Shown: positions 56,577 to 64,000 of the stretch, piece after piece
Layout: each line of letters opens with the position of its first letter
How positions within the stretch are numbered: position 1 is the first letter of the stretch
NCBI GenBank assembly: GCA_964016885.1
Contig: OZ024751.1
Location: 32,116,001-32,180,000 of the forward strand
DNA: 64,000 nucleotides
Reading direction: 5' to 3'
Source of the DNA: Eledone cirrhosa
Taxonomy: Eukaryota
Position numbers and translations under genes: made by a program
Notes under the pieces: model-generated
Told to the model about the DNA's origin: nothing
Database searches by the model: none
What the model saw: only the letters and a program-made list of their open reading frames with translations

Positions 56577-57086
56577 TAGGCTGTGAGAAGGTGATGGAGG
56601 AAAAAATAACAAGATATGGCCACCTGAATGTACCCGGTATGGAAGGTCAATGAGTACCTATTTGTCAGCAGAGTCTCCCGTCCTCTACCCCATCTACTCT
56701 ACATAACAGTCGAACCTACCCCAACTTTGAGCTTGATCGATGTTGTTTTAAACTTCTTATGTTTCTCTTTTGTGTTTGTGTTTGTTTTTGTCAGTGTTGG
56801 AAGTGCTGGATAACTCCGTTGGTAGGTTGACACTGGGGTGACGGGGAGAGGAGATGGCGTAGATTGTGAGTGAGAGAGGGAGGGGTAGAACAGAGAGGTA
56901 GAATGATGGAAGAGAGGGGCAGGATGGCTAGACACACAGACACGCAAATAGAGAGAGAAAGAGAAAGAGAGAGAAAGGGGAAAGAGAGAAGGAGAAAGAG
57001 AGAGAGAGGGAGAAAGACAACGATTGGTAGTTAGAGAAATATGTAGATACACAAATACACAATAACACATACCTTCAGATATTCGG

Positions 57087-57270
57087 TGGATTGGCAGTAT
57101 CGGTAGAGGGTCGGACGCCATGCTTTCCAGCATAGTTACGTCCCTTTACGATCTGAGTTCAAATCCCGCCGAGGTTGATTTTTGCCTTTCATCCTTACGG
57201 GGTCGATAAAATAAAGTACCAGTAATGCACTGGGTAATTGCTGGCCTTGTGCCTAAAGTAGAAACAATTA
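57087..57270 (+). mobile_element. tRNA-derived SINE (Meta-like domain), tail duplicated at 57348-57405
   Basis: TGGCAGTATCGGTAGAG A box, GAGTTCAAATCC B box, then GCCTTTCATCCTTACGGGGTCGATAAAATAAAGTACCAG. Confidence 0.88.
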
Positions 57271-57462
57271 TGTGAAAATAGCTAAACAACAAAAATTCAC
57301 TTTTGAAATGTTAATCCTAAAATTGTTCGTTCAAAAGCTAAAACTTACAGTACCAGTAATGCACTGGGTAATTGCTGGCCTTGTGCCTAAAGTAGAAACA
57401 ATTATTTCATAAAACTTTAGAATAAAAATTACAATCACACACACACATATATATACATACAT

Positions 57463-57518
<56 letters not shown>

Positions 57519-57632
57519 TAGATATATAAACAAAAAGAGTAGGAAGGAAGTTTTCCGCAGTTAGACATATCCAAAGCTGGACAGAGAGAGGGCGAAAGTA
57601 GAGAGGGCGAGAGGAAGAAAGAAGAGAGTGAT

Positions 57633-57688
<56 letters not shown>

Positions 57689-58513
57689 TGAGTGAGAGTG
57701 TGAGAGAGAGAGTGAGTGAGAGAGGAGAGAGAGAGATAAAGAATGTGAACTGTGAAAGAGGATCGTTATGATATCACAGCATTTTAAGAAATTCGAACCA
57801 ATTAGCTGTCTTGCTGTTGTTGATGTTTCTGTTGTTGTCTTTGTTGGTCTTGTTATTGTTGTTGTTCTTATCGTCATTGGTCTTCTTATTGTTGTTGTTA
57901 TTGCCATTGGTCTTGTTGTTGTTATTGTTGCTGCTGTTGTTGTTGTTGTAGTTAACTCTGTTGCTGTAAGCATTTGTAAAAGAATAATTTATGGAAAAGA
58001 TACACGGCGTTGTCCCAAAGGTAATTTATCATGTAGAGTTATGTTAATGTGTTACACAATGTCTTACCACTGGGACATCTGGAGTATGTATATTCCAAAA
58101 GTCTAGACTTCTTCATCTCAGCCAAAAAATTAGTTCAAGTTCCAAAGCACATCTGGCCCAGTTCTCAAACTACATTAAACTACTGAGCATATATTTAATA
58201 AGGTGTTGCTGTTGCTTTACACGAACCTTCGAGAATAGCCTTCAAAAATGTATTCAAATGACTGTCAATGTTTCACCTACCAACTCTCTCACTGCAAACA
58301 GTAAACCACACCTGACATGCCTTTGTGCTCTAAATCAGAGTTTTGGACACATATCTAATGCGATGTTGTTACACCAGACACATCTTGTAGTTTCGTCCAA
58401 AAGAAGTTTATTATCAAAGTATTTACAAAACTCCACTCATTTTAATACAGTAAAACCACAAACAGAGCTCAAACTAACGAGGATGATAGCAACAGTTTGT
58501 TAAAGAAAGAATC

Positions 58514-58628
<115 letters not shown>

Positions 58629-59229
58629 ATGCAGATAGAGGCACGTGCAAAGGTGTTAAAAAGTTCAGGCCAGATGTAAAATGTAAGCCCCTAAAGATGA
58701 TAATAGGCGCAAGCCAGATGTAAAATGTACACCATATTTCATATATATATATATATATATATTCACACACATATATATATACATTCACAAACATATATAC
58801 AAATATATATATGCCACAACACCACCGGAGTTTCATGACTAGAATCAATAAAATAATGAGAGAATATAACAAAAAACAAGATATATTCTGTGTATATATA
58901 CACACACAAACACATATACATGCATGTATATATTTAGGACAGCGAAAAACCATAAACATTTAGAATTAATGCAGACGAACACGGCGCAAGTTAGATACTC
59001 TATACCACGTTTATGTGTTTAAGTTTCTAAGTAGCCTCTCCCGGGTACATTCCATGTATCTTTTGAGAGTTCTTGTTGTGAGGAATGCTGCAATAAATCT
59101 GTTGTAAAAAGATTATAATTGTATCACCCACACCTACTTAGTTTTATGTTGCTTTCTGATGTGTGGGTAGGATGTGGCAGGCTGATATAGGGCGAGGAAT
59201 CTCCTATTAGAGACTGATGTGTGTGTGTG

Positions 59230-59322
<93 letters not shown>

Positions 59323-59336
59323 CTAAATATATATAT

Positions 59337-59476
<140 letters not shown>

Positions 59477-59490
59477 ATATATATATTTAG

Positions 59491-59866
<376 letters not shown>

Positions 59867-60255
59867 CATAACAAACTTAATATAGAAAAGGCTTCTACAG
59901 GAGGAGAAGTGTTTCATTCGAAGGGCCTTCATACAGGTTTCGCCAAATAAATTTCACTTGCAAATTATTGGTCAACTCAGGGCTATGCAAGAAGACACTT
60001 ATTTGTCCAAGGTGCCCCGCATCTGATTAGAACCCGAATCTCCATGGTTGTGAATTGGTCTGCTTAACCACATAACCATGTCTGAGACTATACATATTTC
60101 ATAAGATGCAGAAACAATCAATGTCTTTTTAGACAGAAACTACCAAAGGACTCCGTAAACATTAATTAATCTAAACTGAATTGAAAAACAATCTTGTGAC
60201 ACATGCATTAAAATAAACATATACCAGGCTTTAATTGTGTTTGTGGAAAATTAGA

Positions 60256-60316
<61 letters not shown>

Positions 60317-60421
60317 CAAGAGATGTCACATGAATGGACCTGTTATTTTTATCTAAAGAGATTTTTTTCCAATTACAACCCACACGTCTTCCCCTCAATC
60401 TATCTTATTTTTCTCATTCTT

Positions 60422-60457
60422 TCTTCTGATGAAGGACTATCGTCCGAAACGTTAAGA
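60422..60457 (+). ncRNA. Minimal type I hammerhead ribozyme within a repeat at about 60385-60550
   Basis: TCTT-CTGATGA-A-GGAC(TATC)GTCC-GAAA-CG-TT-AAGA, with a palindromic AACGTT stem III. Confidence 0.75.
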
Positions 60458-60546
60458 CCTTCTTCCTGCTATATCAAGCGTTAACCTAATATATCCCTTC
60501 CATATACTGTATCGATTGTGTTGTTATTTCTGTTTACCTTTTACAC

Positions 60547-60593
<47 letters not shown>

Positions 60594-61114
60594 TATATAT
60601 ATATATATATATATAGTTTCTGATCTCCCCCCACACATATATATATATACATATATATATGAATATTTATACATAAAACTACAGCTGAATTGAACAAATT
60701 GGACGAATATACAATAGAACATATATATACTACTGGGCGACAATTGTGTTACTGAAGACTGAGTGCATTTGATAAACACAAGTAGAAGCTTCATATATTT
60801 ATCAGGCATATCCCATATAATATATGTTTTTTTTAATGTAACGGTCTCGAGTGGGTTTCATATTCAGTGTATATTAATTCCTTTAACTAAATTAGTGTTC
60901 ATTGTCGTCTAGACACTGCTGAAGGTAAACTATAACAACTGTTTGTGGGAAAATGTTAATTCATAAAAAGAAGGTGACAGCTCCTTAGTGAGGAAAATAT
61001 TTAATAAACCTACTGGTTTCTCGTTTTCTCAAGTCTTGTTATGGTTTGATGCTTATAAAGATCAAAGGACTTTTAATTTATTTCGGGCTTCTAGACATGA
61101 AATAGGTAGAACAT

Positions 61115-61160
<46 letters not shown>

Positions 61161-62833
61161 ATGTATGTATGTATGTATGTATGTATGTATGTATGTATGT
61201 ATGTATCTATGTATGTATGTATGTATGTATGTATGTATGTATGTATGTGTATAGATATTTGGGTGGTGTATGGCGGTATTTGCTTTTGCGGTCGTATTAG
61301 CAAACAGAAGAGATGGTCCTGGTGGTGGTTGAGGTGAAGTTTGTCGTGAAAGTTGTTGTGGTTGTTATGGTGATGGTTGTGGTGGTTGATATGGTGATGG
61401 TTGTGGTGGTGGATGTGGTGATGTTTGTGTGGTGGTTGTGGTGATGGTTGTTGTGGTGGTTTTACAAATCCCGAGGAAAAAGTTACACAGAAAATTTCAA
61501 AGAAACACACACGCACACAAAAAAAAAAAACTGTCAGGAAAACTTCAATAAATATGATTTAGTGTTTTTTGTTCCATTGTATTATTTAAAATATTGATTA
61601 AAATAATTTTCTTTTCACATACCCGAAATACTCTCACATAAATTGCCCTGTCATTGTTTACAAATCATGTTTAGTAACCAGAATTGTTGTTTCTACGTCC
61701 GTTTCTCCACACTAGCATGGATTGGACGAGACCTGGAGATTATTCATGTTTCATGGGTGTTAATTAATTAGAAATACAAGACCCCCCTCCTCCTGAACGG
61801 GTTCTTGTGGTTATAGCTGGGCGTCGTCGCATCTGATATTTGATGATAATAATAGTTATGGCGATATTTCTGTTTTTCTTTGTGCTCTTCTATATACCAA
61901 TGGTACTTATTTTAAGTGAAATGAAATACCTTGGTTAAGGACACAATGCGTCATTTGGTTAGGGAATCCAATCCATGACATCACGCGTTAATAAGTATTT
62001 AAAAATATTATTTGTTTAATTATTTTAACTATTATTTCTGTCTGACCTTAAACTCTCAACAATGAAGTCGTAGGGACGTCATAATCGAGATATACGACGT
62101 GCTTTGGACATCGAAATCTTTTGTAGCTCATCCCTTCCACGTCTGGCCACAGACGATTTCTTCTAGAGACAAAGAGAGAAAAGGGAAGAACCAACCCCAG
62201 TATTGGACCGCTATGTTAATTATCAACATCAGAAGGGGTGAAAGGTAATACCGCAAGGCATTCTATCCGATACTCTAAAGATTCTGCCAATTCGCGGCGC
62301 CCTATATAATTACTGGTATTTGAATGAAATGAAACATTTCTTCTGCAGCTATTTCTGTGACTTTTTCTGTATAGGTAGTGTCGGTGTTGGTGGTGTTGGC
62401 AGTGTTGGTGGTGTTTGTAATGTTGGTGGTGTTGGTATTGTTGGCAGTGTTGGTAGTGGTGGTGTTGGCAATGTTGCTATTGGTGGTATTGGTAGTGTTG
62501 GTGGTGTTGGTAGTGTTGAAAGTGTTGGTAGTGATGGTGGTGTTGATGTTGCATTACTTTGAAGTTAGTCAACTCACATAAAGAAAACGATGGACCTATA
62601 TATCTTGGGTTGTCAACGTGTGGATTTATCAAAGATCTTACATCTCCTGAACACTGCCGACATGTCACTTCTGTATTAACCGACACCCCCACCACACCGC
62701 CATCTCTTGTAACTTCTGTACATCACCACCACCATCACCACCACCACTACTACTAGTAATACCACCACCACCACCACTACCACCAAATTTATATGTACGA
62801 GGACATATAAACACAAAATATCAACAAAGAAAA

Positions 62834-62877
<44 letters not shown>

Positions 62878-62879
<2 letters not shown>

Positions 62880-62988
62880 CTGTTTCTACTTTAGGCACAA
62901 GGCCAGCAATTATCCAGTGCATTACTGGTACTTTATTTTATCGACCCCGTAAGGATGAAAGGCAAAGTTAACCTCGGCGGGATTTGAA

Positions 62989-62991
<3 letters not shown>
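62878..62991 (-). mobile_element. 5'-truncated SINE (Meta-like domain) within (TA)n
   Basis: Reverse complement of 57155-57270. Confidence 0.85.
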
Positions 62992-63033
<42 letters not shown>

Positions 63034-63483
63034 CGGTATTACATTTATAGATAAATATATATGCATGAACACACACACACACACACACACATACACACAT
63101 ACACACACACACAGAGTTTATTTAGGTTGATCCAGTAGCTGTTTCCCCGACATTTCGTTATATATATATATAATGAAATATATGGAGAATAGAAATGGCT
63201 GAGTAGTTGCTATTTAAGGTAACTTAAAATGCAGTGGGAATACGATGAAAGCAAGAACGGGGGGGGGGGAGTTTTCCTCATCAGTTGTCTACTGGGGGTC
63301 TCGGATATTTCTACGCTTTAAAGACAAAATATCTACCGCCCAGGGCAGGTGGATGGACAGATATGTATGTATATATATACATATATGTATATGTATGTAA
63401 AAGGTAAACAGAAATAACAACACAATCGGTATAGTATATGGAAGGAATATATTAAGTTAACGCTTGAAATAGTAGGAAGAGGG

Positions 63484-63519
63484 TCTTAACGTTTCGGACG
63501 CTAGTCCTTCATCAGAAGA
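63484..63519 (-). ncRNA. Minimal type I hammerhead, second copy of the 60385-60550 repeat (63385-63550)
   Basis: The minus strand reads TCTT-CTGATGA-A-GGAC(TAGC)GTCC-GAAA-CG-TT-AAGA. A third partial copy lacking the core lies at about 25450-25540. Confidence 0.75.
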
Positions 63520-63572
63520 AAGAATGAGAAATAAGATAGATTGAGGGGACGGCTGGGTTGGATATATATATG

Positions 63573-63645
<73 letters not shown>

Positions 63646-63734
63646 CATATATACCCCCTCATACACAGATCTACACACATAAATATGTACACACAAAGAC
63701 TCACCAGCGCAAGTACTCACCTTTATATGTATAA

Positions 63735-64000
63735 CTAGCAGTGGTACCCGGCGTTGCACGGGATAAGGTATTGTGAAATATATAACCGCCTTAGCTAAGC
63801 TTAGTATTGCCACAACCACGGCTGGCAAAGAAGTAAGGGTCTGGTGGTACGTAAGTAAGCAACACTGTGGCTTAAAACGTAAGGAAGAAGTTGTGTGCAC
63901 TTACCAACTGTTTAGGGAATGAGTGTGAGATTTGTCTTGAGCAAGGGTGGCAGAATAACCGGAGGCAGCCAGACATGCAGACAGATATTATAACGGCGCG
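63735..64000 (-). mobile_element. 3' end of a second non-autonomous Helitron of the 48131 family (runs off window)
   Basis: The minus strand ends CCCGTGCAACGCCGGG-TACCACTGCTAG-T. Positions 63965-64000 match 48415-48450. Confidence 0.82.

Noticed and set aside
57087-57170. tRNA gene
   Set aside because: The A/B boxes belong to a multi-copy SINE head, and no cloverleaf is evident.
63135-63290. Minus-strand CTGATGA ... GAAACAGCT hammerhead
   Set aside because: The half-motifs are about 130 nt apart with no supporting stems.

Overview
Gene-free, AT-rich, extremely microsatellite-dense eukaryotic DNA. The SINE and LINE repertoire resembles an octopus or other cephalopod (inference from recall, not searched). 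No host protein-coding exon can be supported, and nearly all listed ORFs are translated microsatellites. The interpretable content is mobile DNA. (1) Tx1/L1-clade LINEs stacked in (GATA)n, with a sister family in (TAA)n. (2) A 5'-truncated but otherwise open R4/Dong-like RLE retrotransposon in (CATA)n. (3) Internally deleted RTE elements, one with a candidate HDV-like ribozyme. (4) Two decayed Penelope-like elements. (5) A pogo/Tigger deletion derivative, mariner-type MITEs, non-autonomous Helitrons and tRNA-SINEs. The most striking unexplained signal is a set of about a dozen short units mostly abutting (TA)n tracts. Many carry minimal type I hammerhead ribozyme cores and/or near-perfect fold-back palindromes. 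They are most consistent with several families of Penelope-derived, ribozyme-bearing inverted mini-elements.
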